Assembly: GCA_963845145.1 (NCBI GenBank)
Contig: CAWJQU010000005.1
Location: 288,001 to 352,000, forward strand
Reading direction: 5' to 3'
Length of the DNA stretch: 64,000 nt
From: an uncultured delta proteobacterium
Lineage (GTDB): Bacteria > Desulfobacterota > Desulfobacteria > Desulfobacterales > QNYZ01
Part shown: in pieces, positions 9,911-18,693 of the stretch
How positions within the stretch are numbered: the first letter of the stretch is position 1
Layout: each line of letters opens with the position of its first letter
The notes under the pieces: generated by a model
The model's database searches: none
The model's input: the letters and a program-made list of their open reading frames with translations, nothing else
What the model was told of the DNA's origin: nothing
Translations under genes and position numbers: made by a program

Positions 9911-12250
9911 ATGGAAAACATTACCCAAGCGATGGCTTATTTAACGCAGAGTCTGAGTCAAAAAGACCAGCGTGCGCCCATCCCGTTTGAAACATTTATC
10001 AAGCTGGTGTCTGCCGACCCCAAGGCCACGGTCCGTAATGTGTTTCAGGTCTTTTATGACATGGTTAAAAGCTATGTGGGTGAAGGGGTTGAGGAATACC
10101 CCGGGGACACCAACTCGGTAAAATTTGTCCATTATGATTGCAACCCACTATTCGTCGACGGTTCCGATAACCCTTTTTTCGCCGACCGGCTTTTTGCCAA
10201 CCGTCTGATGGGCCATGTTGAGGCCATGCGAAGCGGCGCCCAGCAGAACAAGATTTATATATTTGACGGCCCACCCGGATGTGGAAAAAGTACTTTTTTA
10301 AATAACCTTTTAAAAAAATTTGAGGAGTATGCCAATACCGAGAAAGGCACCCGGTATGAAGTGGTTTGGCGATTGAACCGTAAAAAACTGAATGATTTTA
10401 AAGATACGGAAACCAACCCTATCCTTGAACAACTGGTCCGGCTGCTGGGGGCGGCTGCTACAAACCGGGAGGAATCTTCACGCCACAAATCGCCATCGGA
10501 TCTTCCCGGCGACCCAGAGCAATTGTTGGTCGATAGCGGTAAAAGCAACCATGCATCCGACTACGTGGAGGTTCCCTGCCCCAGCCATGACAACCCTATT
10601 CTTATGGTACCTAAAAGATACCGCCGTAGTTTTTTCGATGAATTGTTTAAAAATGACGAATTTAAGTGGAATCTGTTTGCCAATAAGGAATACGACTGGG
10701 TATTTAAAGATAAGCCCTGCACGATTTGCAGCACCATTTTCCTGGCGCTTTTAAATCAATTGGAAGATTCGGACCAGGTTTACGATATGCTCTACGCCCG
10801 CCCTTATCGATTCAACCGTCGTTTGGGTGAGGGGATCAGCGTATTTAATCCGGGCGACAAACAGTTAAAACAGTACTTTGTCGGCAATCCCAGGCTACAG
10901 CGCCATATTAACAGTCTGCTTCAAAGCAGCAGAGAGATCAATTATATTTTTTCGCGCTACGCCAAGACCAACAACGGGATCTATGCCCTCATGGATATCA
11001 AATCCCAAAACACCGATCGAATGATCGAACTGCACAATATTATCAGCGAAGGTGTCCACAAGGTTGAAGATATCGAAGAGAACGTCAACTCCTTGCTGGT
11101 AGCGGTCATGAATCCTGAAGATAAAAAAAATATCCAGAATTTCAAATCCTTTTTCGACCGCATCGAATATATAAAAATACCTTATGTCATGGACCTGCAA
11201 ACGGAGGTGCAGATCTACCGCAGTATTTTCGGCCGCCATATTGAAGATAGTTTCCTACCCATGGTGTTGCACAATTTTGCCCGGGTCATTATCGCCTCCC
11301 GGCTGAACACCCGCTCCGAAGGGATGCTGGAATGGATTGGCGATCCGGAAAAATATAGCCCCTATTGCGACAAAAATCTTCTACTGCTGAAGATGGAGCT
11401 TTTTACCGGATTTATCCCCAGATGGCTTAAGGAAGAAGACCGAAAATCTTTTACGGCCAAGCGCAGAAGGCAAATCCTGGCCGAGTCGGAGAAGGAAGGT
11501 GAGAAGGGGTTTTCCGGTAGGGACTCTATCAAACTGTTTAACGAATTTTACACGACCTATGCCAAAGACGGCAAACTCATCGATATGGGCATGCTATGTA
11601 ATTTTTTCACACAAGTGCGCAAAGACCTCTCAAAATCCATTCCCGAAGGATTCATCGATTCGCTGTGTCAAATGTATAATTACCGTATTTTGCAATTGGT
11701 GAAGGAATCGCTTTACGAATACAATGAGGAGCAGATTTCCCGGGATATTCAGAATTATCTGTTTGCTTTAAACTTTGAAACCGGATCCACGGTAACCAAT
11801 ACCTTCACTGGGGAAAAACTGGAAATTACCGAGGATTTCTTTGACGGTATTGAAAATCGCCTGCTGGGTACAAAGGTGAATCGCCAAAAACGGTTATCAT
11901 TTCGAAAAGAGACGCAAAAAGAATATACATCCAGCACCCTGACGCAGGAGATCATGGTACAGGGCGTGCCGTTGACGGAAACGAAGCTGTACCAGGATCT
12001 GTATGACCAATACGTTTATAATCTTAAAGAAAAAGTTCTCGATCCATTTTTGGAAAATGAAAATTTCCGCCGCGCCATTAAGGACTACGATAAAGACGGA
12101 TTTAAAACCTACGACAAGAAAATCAGGGACGATGTTGTCTTTTTAATGAATAATCTGTGCGAGAAATTGAACTATACCAAGCAGGGGGCCAAGGAGGTCT
12201 GTATGTACGTTATCGACAACGACCTGGCCAAGACTTTTGCTAAAAGCTGA
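9911..12250 (+). CDS. prkA: PrkA/YeaG-family AAA+ protein (copy 2, divergent)
   Basis: Walker A GPPGCGKST, CPSHDNP motif, FDRIEYIKIPY and EGEKGFSGR; last gene of the prkA-yeaH-spoVR operon. Confidence 0.85.
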   Translation: MENITQAMAYLTQSLSQKDQRAPIPFETFIKLVSADPKATVRNVFQVFYDMVKSYVGEGVEEYPGDTNSVKFVHYDCNPLFVDGSDNPFFADRLFANRLMGHVEAMRSGAQQNKIYIFDGPPGCGKSTFLNNLLKKFEEYANTEKGTRYEVVWRLNRKKLNDFKDTETNPILEQLVRLLGAAATNREESSRHKSPSDLPGDPEQLLVDSGKSNHASDYVEVPCPSHDNPILMVPKRYRRSFFDELFKNDEFKWNLFANKEYDWVFKDKPCTICSTIFLALLNQLEDSDQVYDMLYARPYRFNRRLGEGISVFNPGDKQLKQYFVGNPRLQRHINSLLQSSREINYIFSRYAKTNNGIYALMDIKSQNTDRMIELHNIISEGVHKVEDIEENVNSLLVAVMNPEDKKNIQNFKSFFDRIEYIKIPYVMDLQTEVQIYRSIFGRHIEDSFLPMVLHNFARVIIASRLNTRSEGMLEWIGDPEKYSPYCDKNLLLLKMELFTGFIPRWLKEEDRKSFTAKRRRQILAESEKEGEKGFSGRDSIKLFNEFYTTYAKDGKLIDMGMLCNFFTQVRKDLSKSIPEGFIDSLCQMYNYRILQLVKESLYEYNEEQISRDIQNYLFALNFETGSTVTNTFTGEKLEITEDFFDGIENRLLGTKVNRQKRLSFRKETQKEYTSSTLTQEIMVQGVPLTETKLYQDLYDQYVYNLKEKVLDPFLENENFRRAIKDYDKDGFKTYDKKIRDDVVFLMNNLCEKLNYTKQGAKEVCMYVIDNDLAKTFAKS

Positions 12251-12259
12251 CCATAGGGT

Positions 12260-13291
12260 CTATAATGCCATCATTGAATGGTTCTTACCCGCTGACGGGT
12301 TTAATTCTTTCTCCAGGTGCCGCAGATTCTTGATGTCGCCTACGGCAATTACCGTGTCGCCTTTCTGAATACGTGATTCAAAAGAGGGATTGAACAGCAT
12401 ATTGTCGTCATCTTTTTTGATGGCGATGATGATCAGGTTAAACCGCTGGCGAATACCCGAATCTTTGAGCATGACATCAATGAGCTTGGAATCGGATCCG
12501 ACAGGAATTTCTTCCATCTGGATATCGGTCCGCTTTTGAGCAAATGCGAGATCGAGGAAACTGGTGACCGCCGGCCGGATAATTCGCTGGGCCATGCTGG
12601 CTGCGCCCATTTCATATGGCGATTCCACCTTATTGGCGCCGGCAGCGCGCAACTTATCTTTGGATTTAACCTCCCCGGCCCGGGCCACGATAAACAGCTT
12701 TGGTTTTAGCTGCCGCGCGGTGAGAACCAAAAAGACGTTCTCTGCGTCCGATCCAAGGGCGGCTACAAGTCCTTTGGCCCGCTCAATGCCGGCTTTAATC
12801 AGATTGTCTTCATCGGTGGCATCTCCGGCGACATACAGCATATTGTCTTGATCCATGATGGGAATGATTTCCGGATTATTATCCACCACCACCAGATCAA
12901 TGGGGTTACCTTCCAATTCCCGGCACAGCACCCGACCGATGCGCCCATATCCACAGACGATATAGTGATCTTTCATGCGATTAAGTTTGCGATCCAATCT
13001 TCTCCTCCCCAAAATCGTTCGAATACGGCCTTCCACCATAAATTGTACGATGGCCCCTGCCACGTAAACGCTAAAACCAACGCCGATGACGACAAGAAAT
13101 ACGGTAAAAATGCGGCCACCATCGCTTAACGAATGAACTTCCGAAAACCCTACGGTGGAAAGGGTGATAGCGGTCATATAAATCGCATCGATCAGGTTCC
13201 AGCCCTCAAGCAGGATGTAACCGAGGACGCCAAAGGCGAAAGTGCCCAAGGCCAAGGATATCGAAATTCGAAGGTGTCGGGTACGGTCCAT
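12260..13291 (-). CDS. 2-TM potassium channel with RCK_N (TrkA-N) and RCK_C domains (MthK/Kch-like)
   Basis: Pore loop TLSTVGFSE, Rossmann motif VCGYGRIG, GDATDEDNL, and a C-terminal RCK_C domain. Confidence 0.9.
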   Translation of the reverse strand: MDRTRHLRISISLALGTFAFGVLGYILLEGWNLIDAIYMTAITLSTVGFSEVHSLSDGGRIFTVFLVVIGVGFSVYVAGAIVQFMVEGRIRTILGRRRLDRKLNRMKDHYIVCGYGRIGRVLCRELEGNPIDLVVVDNNPEIIPIMDQDNMLYVAGDATDEDNLIKAGIERAKGLVAALGSDAENVFLVLTARQLKPKLFIVARAGEVKSKDKLRAAGANKVESPYEMGAASMAQRIIRPAVTSFLDLAFAQKRTDIQMEEIPVGSDSKLIDVMLKDSGIRQRFNLIIIAIKKDDDNMLFNPSFESRIQKGDTVIAVGDIKNLRHLEKELNPSAGKNHSMMAL

Positions 13292-13445
13292 TTAATATTC
13301 GGTGGTGGCAGTTTGATTTGGCAATATTTTTCCTTGTTTCACGCAAAGTACACTTTGTATCGGAACAAAATCAAGGCTTTTCAAAAGTATATTTTCTACC
13401 AACAGATTGATCAAATTGAATTCCGGGCCCACACCCCCAGATATG

Positions 13446-13475
13446 TATGGATACCTATAGTTAGCTATGGATACC
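13446..13475. repeat. Perfect 10-bp direct repeat TATGGATACC (20-bp period) abutting the -35 box
   Basis: Copies at 13446-13455 and 13466-13475. Confidence 0.75.
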
Positions 13476-13477
13476 GT

Positions 13478-13506
13478 TTGACACCAATTACACATTGGCC
13501 TACAAT
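13478..13506 (+). promoter_or_regulatory. sigma70-type promoter for the serine kinase / serB-like unit
   Basis: TTGACA-17 nt-TACAAT. Confidence 0.7.
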
Positions 13507-13595
13507 TTGCCTATAATTTGCCATTGGTAAAAACAGAATATGTTCGGGGTTACCCAACAAAACCGCCACCAATTCTCATCGATCGGTTCAGGTTT

Positions 13596-14468
13596 ATGTT
13601 TTTATTAAAATCTGAAAATCTGGATCTGCAACTGGAGATCGTGCCGGTATCCACGTTAATTCAGCATGAAGAAATTATTGCCACGGTGAGCCGGCGTCTC
13701 ACCATGGAGTTTGCCAACCTCAGTTATTTGCGACATCCGGTGATTGTAGAAAAAAATAATATCGTTCTGGATGGCAACCACCGGGTCACCGTGTTTAAAA
13801 AATTAGGTTTTCGATTCATACCGGTTTGCCGCATCGACTATTTCAATCGATACGTCAAGCTACGCTACTGGTTTCGGGTGCTGAAAAACGTAAACGATCC
13901 GATGACACTGACATCCTTGATACACGAAATGGATGGTCGACTGGTAACACTTCCCACCAAAGAGGCCCTGGTTGACACATTGGCAACCCATGATTTCAGT
14001 CTGGGCATTCAACAGGGGAATCGCTATCAATGCGTGCGTTTTTCTAACCGGCAGGTTGCCGATGCCGTCACGTCCTATCAGATTCTGGAAAAGCTGCAAA
14101 ATAGGTTGATAAAACGAAACGTAACGCTTCAATACGTACCCTGTGAATCAATCCGCGGAGATGATGAATGCGAGGCGGTAGGCCCTGAGGATGTGATTAT
14201 CTGGACGCCGCAGATCGGAAAAGATATGATCGTTACCGCCGCCCGGGACGACCGGATTTTCGCTCCTAAAACGACGCGCCATTTAATTCCGGCACGACCG
14301 CTAAACATCAATATCCCTGGGAACTGGCTCAAGGAAGACGTCTCGCTGGAAGATATTAACAAACGTCTATTGGACCATTTAGCAGCCAAACGGATTCGCA
14401 AATTCGGCCCTGGGCAAGTCATTAATGGCAGATTTTATGGTGAAAAATTATTTGTGTTTTACGATTGA
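13596..14468 (+). CDS. ParB/Srx-fold free L-serine kinase-like protein (SerK/SbnI family)
   Basis: QHEE, IVLDGNHR, IDYF..VKLRYW and FAPKTTRH motifs occur in the order known for archaeal SerK. The likely start is the ATG at 13596 (the ORF is open from 13518). Confidence 0.75.
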   Translation: MFLLKSENLDLQLEIVPVSTLIQHEEIIATVSRRLTMEFANLSYLRHPVIVEKNNIVLDGNHRVTVFKKLGFRFIPVCRIDYFNRYVKLRYWFRVLKNVNDPMTLTSLIHEMDGRLVTLPTKEALVDTLATHDFSLGIQQGNRYQCVRFSNRQVADAVTSYQILEKLQNRLIKRNVTLQYVPCESIRGDDECEAVGPEDVIIWTPQIGKDMIVTAARDDRIFAPKTTRHLIPARPLNINIPGNWLKEDVSLEDINKRLLDHLAAKRIRKFGPGQVINGRFYGEKLFVFYD

Positions 14469-14502
14469 TCATTGCGTTAAATCGACAATAAAAGAGAAAC
14501 AG

Positions 14503-15786
14503 ATGAAACCTCAAAAAAATAGAAGTAAACGGATCATACTCTCAGCCGTGGGCATCGACGCACCCGGCCTGGTTTCCAAAATTACCACACGCATATTTAA
14601 TTTGGGCGGTAATATAATCGATGTAGAAGAGACCTGTCGCCGGGGATTGTTTTCCATTTTTCTAATCATTGATTTTACCCAGGCAGCGGCTTCCATCGAA
14701 GCGTTGGTTAATGAACTCGAAAAAGTTGAGAAGGAAACCGGCTTGAAGGTAATGGTGCGGGGCTACGATCAGCAGGACATCAAATTTTTGCCCACTCAAA
14801 TCGACCATTTGGTGACAGTGATCGGTGTTGACCGGCCGGGTATTATCTCTAAGATATCCACTTTCTTTACCCAAAAAAGGATAAATATTGAAAATTTAAA
14901 AATGATTGCCCGGGGTGATTTTTTTTCAATGGAGCTCATTATCAATGCCGGTAATATGACCGTTGACAGTGCCGCATCACCTGATAGTGCTTTTGAGGCC
15001 ATGAAATCGGAACTCAAGGACCTCTGCGCGGCATTGGATTTAAGTGTCGTGATTCAAAGTGAAAATATTTATCGGCGGACCAAAAAACTCGTGGTGTTCG
15101 ATGTGGAATCGAGTTTGGTTCGCCAACAATCTTTGCATCGGTTTTTGAAAAGGATTAAAGATCGGCTAAAGGGCCTGGGCCCAGTGCCTCAATTTCCCAA
15201 AGGTCAAAAAATCCAATCTCACGCCCTGGTTGAAGCGGCGAAAAGTTTAAAGGGTATCCCCATTAAAGAATTTGAAAAATTTAGCGAAATCCTACAAATC
15301 AATCCGGGAACATATGAGTTGATCACGATTTTAAAATCAATGGGATTTAAAATTGCACTAATCTCTTCCGGCCTCAATTTTTTTGTAAAGCGAATATTTG
15401 AAGTGGCCGGCGTGGATTACGCCTTTGCAAATTCTCTTCGTATCGATGAAGACGGAATGACCACCGGAGAGCTTCAGGAGCCGATCATTGCCGAAGACAC
15501 CAAAAGTGATGTGCTGGATTTTATCTTAAGCGTGGAAGATGTTCAACCTGACCAGGTGATCGCCGTGGGTGACGGCACGCTTTGTGCCCATTCCATTAAA
15601 AAAGTCGGGCTCTCTATTGCCTTTCAATCCGAAGCGTTGCAATCCGGGCAAGAGAGCAAGAATACCGACGGCATAATAAAAAGCGATAATATCTTTAATA
15701 TTTTGTATTGCCTGGGAATTTCCAAAGGGGAACTGGATCACTACTTTGACCAATCCGGTGTTCCCAATGGAAACCGAACAACATAA
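14503..15786 (+). CDS. ACT-ACT-HAD phosphoserine phosphatase (SerB)-like protein with degenerate catalytic motifs
   Basis: Two ACT domains (GIDAPGLVS, GVDRPGIIS) precede the HAD domain. Motif I reads FDVESSL (canonical DxDST), ISSG and ANSL are present, and motif IV reads GDGTLC (canonical GDGAND). Confidence 0.8.
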   Translation: MKPQKNRSKRIILSAVGIDAPGLVSKITTRIFNLGGNIIDVEETCRRGLFSIFLIIDFTQAAASIEALVNELEKVEKETGLKVMVRGYDQQDIKFLPTQIDHLVTVIGVDRPGIISKISTFFTQKRINIENLKMIARGDFFSMELIINAGNMTVDSAASPDSAFEAMKSELKDLCAALDLSVVIQSENIYRRTKKLVVFDVESSLVRQQSLHRFLKRIKDRLKGLGPVPQFPKGQKIQSHALVEAAKSLKGIPIKEFEKFSEILQINPGTYELITILKSMGFKIALISSGLNFFVKRIFEVAGVDYAFANSLRIDEDGMTTGELQEPIIAEDTKSDVLDFILSVEDVQPDQVIAVGDGTLCAHSIKKVGLSIAFQSEALQSGQESKNTDGIIKSDNIFNILYCLGISKGELDHYFDQSGVPNGNRTT

Positions 15787-15858
15787 TTGGGACTTGATCC
15801 TATTTTCAGTGTCGTCATGCTTGACGCATTTAGAGGCAATTGATAGTAGTTAGAAGTT

Positions 15859-16515
15859 ATGATCAGAAGCGCATACACCCATGACCGTCTTCGTGAGGAG
15901 ATGGTTAAAACCCAGGTTGAAGCCCGTGGCGTTACCGACCCCAATGTCATAACTGCCATGCGGGTGATTCCTCGTCATGAATTTGTGAGCGAAGCGTTCG
16001 TGGACCAGGCGTACGATGATCACCCCCTGCCCATTGGGGAGCAACAGACCATTTCCCAGCCTTACATTGTGGCTGAAATGACCCAGGCACTTTCTTTGAC
16101 TACCGAAGATCGGGTTTTAGAATTGGGTACGGGGTCGGGATATCAGGCCGCCATTCTGGCCCGAATTGCCTATCGCGTCTATACGGTTGAACGGATTCAT
16201 AGTCTGTATCTCAAAGCCCGCAAACTGTTTGACAGACTCGGGTATCATAATATCGTTTCGCGATATGCGGACGGTACCATTGGATGGCAAGAGGAGAGCC
16301 CTTTTGATGCCATCATTGTCACTGCCGGAGCTCCAAAAGTACCCCCCGGCCTGATAAATCAACTCGCTATCGGGGGCCGTATGATCCTTCCTGTCGGAAA
16401 TCAGTCCACCCAGGAGTTGGTAAAGCTGGTTCGCGATGAAGAAGGTATCCATCAAACCCGCCTGGGTGGATGCCGATTTGTCAAACTTGTCGGAGAGCAT
16501 GGCTGGGAAAAGTAA
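15859..16515 (+). CDS. pcm: Protein-L-isoaspartate O-methyltransferase
   Basis: QTISQPYIVA, VLELGTGSGYQAA, PFDAIIVTA and CRFVKL motifs. Confidence 0.95.
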   Translation: MIRSAYTHDRLREEMVKTQVEARGVTDPNVITAMRVIPRHEFVSEAFVDQAYDDHPLPIGEQQTISQPYIVAEMTQALSLTTEDRVLELGTGSGYQAAILARIAYRVYTVERIHSLYLKARKLFDRLGYHNIVSRYADGTIGWQEESPFDAIIVTAGAPKVPPGLINQLAIGGRMILPVGNQSTQELVKLVRDEEGIHQTRLGGCRFVKLVGEHGWEK

Positions 16516-17096
16516 TGTTTAGACGACTCTACGACTGGATCCTTCACTGGGCAAATACGCCGTATGGGACCTGGGCATTGTTTTTGCTCGCTTTTGCCGA
16601 ATCATCCTTTTTTCCGATTCCACCCGATCCGTTACTCATCGCCCTGGCCGTCGCCCGCCCCCAAAAGGCATTAACCTTTGCACTGGTTTGTTCGGTTGGG
16701 TCCGTATTGGGCGGCTGCGTGGGTTATCTGATCGGATGGCAATTTATGGCAGCCATTGGTGATCGGATTGTGGCTTTGTACGGCCTGTCCGATAAAGTAG
16801 CCTACATTGAGAATCTGTATAATCAGTATGACGCCTGGGCAGTTGGGGTTGCCGGTTTTACACCCATCCCTTACAAGGTGTTTACCATTGCGGCGGGTGC
16901 GTTCAAGATTAACTTTCCCGTATTTGTGATCGCCTCCGTTTTGTCCCGTTCGGCCCGCTTCTTTCTCGTTGGCGGCCTCATCCGCCTATTTGGCGAAACG
17001 ATCCAAGCCTATATCGAAAAGTATTTCGATATTCTCGTCGTGGTTTTTACCGTCCTCCTGGTTGGCGGCATGGTAGCGATCAAGTTTCTTTTTTAA
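16515..17096 (+). CDS. YqaA/DedA (SNARE-associated) membrane protein
   Basis: AESSFFPIPPD and FTPIPYKVFTIAAG motifs; translationally coupled to pcm by a TAATG overlap. Confidence 0.88.
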   Translation: MFRRLYDWILHWANTPYGTWALFLLAFAESSFFPIPPDPLLIALAVARPQKALTFALVCSVGSVLGGCVGYLIGWQFMAAIGDRIVALYGLSDKVAYIENLYNQYDAWAVGVAGFTPIPYKVFTIAAGAFKINFPVFVIASVLSRSARFFLVGGLIRLFGETIQAYIEKYFDILVVVFTVLLVGGMVAIKFLF

Positions 17097-17107
17097 GGGT
17101 TTGCACG

Positions 17108-18505
17108 TCACGACGCCCAACGATGATACCAGGTTTTAAATTCAGAAGGCCTGAGCCTGTAGCGGGCAAAATTGCCATCATGCAAACTACCCAATTCGGT
17201 TTCAACCACTTCGATAAAGCGCATTTTGTCATCCTCAGGGATTCCTTCTTCTGATTCTTTCGCGATCCATCGGATAGCCTCTCGTTTTGTCATCTTACCT
17301 TTTACTACGCCAGAGACAAATTCATAAATTTTTAACCGATACCGTAATCGAAACAGATCGGGCTCGCCTAGTGACTGGCGAACAGCAGAGTAGCGATTAC
17401 ATGAACGTTCATAGGCCCATACAAATACATCACGTAATAATTCAATACGGTTCAATTCATATACTCCGAGAATTCCATCGATATAAGCTTGATTTGGAAC
17501 ATCAACAAATGAGAGCGGGCAAAGGTTTTGTCCAACAAGAGGGATATTTGCTACAAGACGGGAAACACGTTTGTTTACATCTTCAAAAGGTTGCAGATAA
17601 GGTAGGTGCACCATAGCAAAAAATGCTCGCTCAAATGGATCATAAATTGCTGTTGCAGTATCACAAATCTGCTGAAAACATTCGTTTATTAATTGAGGGA
17701 CCTCCAACGGATAATAGACCGTCCCACTAATCGATACCGGCCTATCACGTAATCTCCCGCAAGCCCGAGGATCACCAAGAAGGTTGTCCGATAACAAGGC
17801 GTGCAAATTTAATATTGTGTAACGATTTAAACCAATTTCGGTAGCTGGCTCGACCAGCAATTCGATCGCGGCCTTGTGATTCAGAATCATTTGGGCTTCC
17901 ATAGCACCTTTACCTTCGGCGCTTTCGCCCAACTCCAGAAGACGCTCCGTCTCTAGCAGTGAATACGTATTTCCTTCCAACCGGCTGGAGTTCCAAGATA
18001 GATCAATCAATAATCGACTGAATATCTTTTTTAAATAGGTTCCAGCGGGTTGCTTATCCTCCGTTGGATGGCCAAGGGCTTTTAAATGATGCCTGATTAT
18101 CTCCGGCAGATAGAAAGATTTATTTGGTATGTATCTATCAAGGAATGACCGGTTGTAACCAACGGGTTGCCGATCATGAATCTGTAAACCAACGACTTTC
18201 TTGACCACTTTTCCTTCAGTTGAAACCGGTATGTAGTTATCGATACGCGCTTTCACTGTGGGGAGGGGAATAGCGACATCCGCTACAATTTTATTTTCTG
18301 GAATCTGATAATGGGCTCCCCGGCCCCGACCCAAAATAACCAATCTTTCGTTCTCAACGAGTTGTGCCAATCGACGCTGCAAAGTACGTCGAGATAGTCT
18401 GTTTTCAAGAGACTCAATAATATTCTTGATTGAGACCCCTTCCCGGAAGTGAGAGACCTCCTTTAATATGACATCAAATTCGTCTTGGGGGATCTGTTTT
18501 GGCAT
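17108..18505 (-). CDS. Fic-domain protein with N-terminal winged HTH; non-canonical Fic motif
   Basis: SWNSSRLEGNTYS and HLPYLQPFEDVNKRVSR motifs plus the HTH SRRTLQRRLAQL. The start is probably 18505 (the ORF is open to 18544). Confidence 0.85.
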   Translation of the reverse strand: MPKQIPQDEFDVILKEVSHFREGVSIKNIIESLENRLSRRTLQRRLAQLVENERLVILGRGRGAHYQIPENKIVADVAIPLPTVKARIDNYIPVSTEGKVVKKVVGLQIHDRQPVGYNRSFLDRYIPNKSFYLPEIIRHHLKALGHPTEDKQPAGTYLKKIFSRLLIDLSWNSSRLEGNTYSLLETERLLELGESAEGKGAMEAQMILNHKAAIELLVEPATEIGLNRYTILNLHALLSDNLLGDPRACGRLRDRPVSISGTVYYPLEVPQLINECFQQICDTATAIYDPFERAFFAMVHLPYLQPFEDVNKRVSRLVANIPLVGQNLCPLSFVDVPNQAYIDGILGVYELNRIELLRDVFVWAYERSCNRYSAVRQSLGEPDLFRLRYRLKIYEFVSGVVKGKMTKREAIRWIAKESEEGIPEDDKMRFIEVVETELGSLHDGNFARYRLRPSEFKTWYHRWAS

Positions 18506-18643
18506 AATTAAGTTATTATGGCACAATTCCCTTAATCGCGCCATATAAAACTTTTATTTGGCACGATAAGTTTTTTTGCGCCAAATAAACCGGTACAAAA
18601 TATTCAATCTAAGTTGATCGGTTATTTGCAAAGCTATGTGCCA
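18500..18643. promoter_or_regulatory. Array of TGGCAC/GCGCCA half-sites upstream of the fic gene (candidate operator)
   Basis: TGGCAC-N13-GCGCCA occurs at 18519-18543 and again at 18559-18583, with extra half-sites at 18500 and 18638. Confidence 0.55.
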
Positions 18644-18693
18644 AAACATTGAAATGATAAGGCATTCAATAAACGGATTACCTTTTTTGACGA

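Noticed and set aside
13518..14468. Chromosome-partitioning ParB
   Set aside because: No HTH and no parA neighbour; the PKTTRH and DYF..W motifs point to the SerK/SbnI branch.
18519..18583. sigma54 promoters at the TGGCAC hexamers upstream of fic
   Set aside because: There is no GC at the required GG-N10-GC spacing; the sites fit an inverted-repeat operator better.
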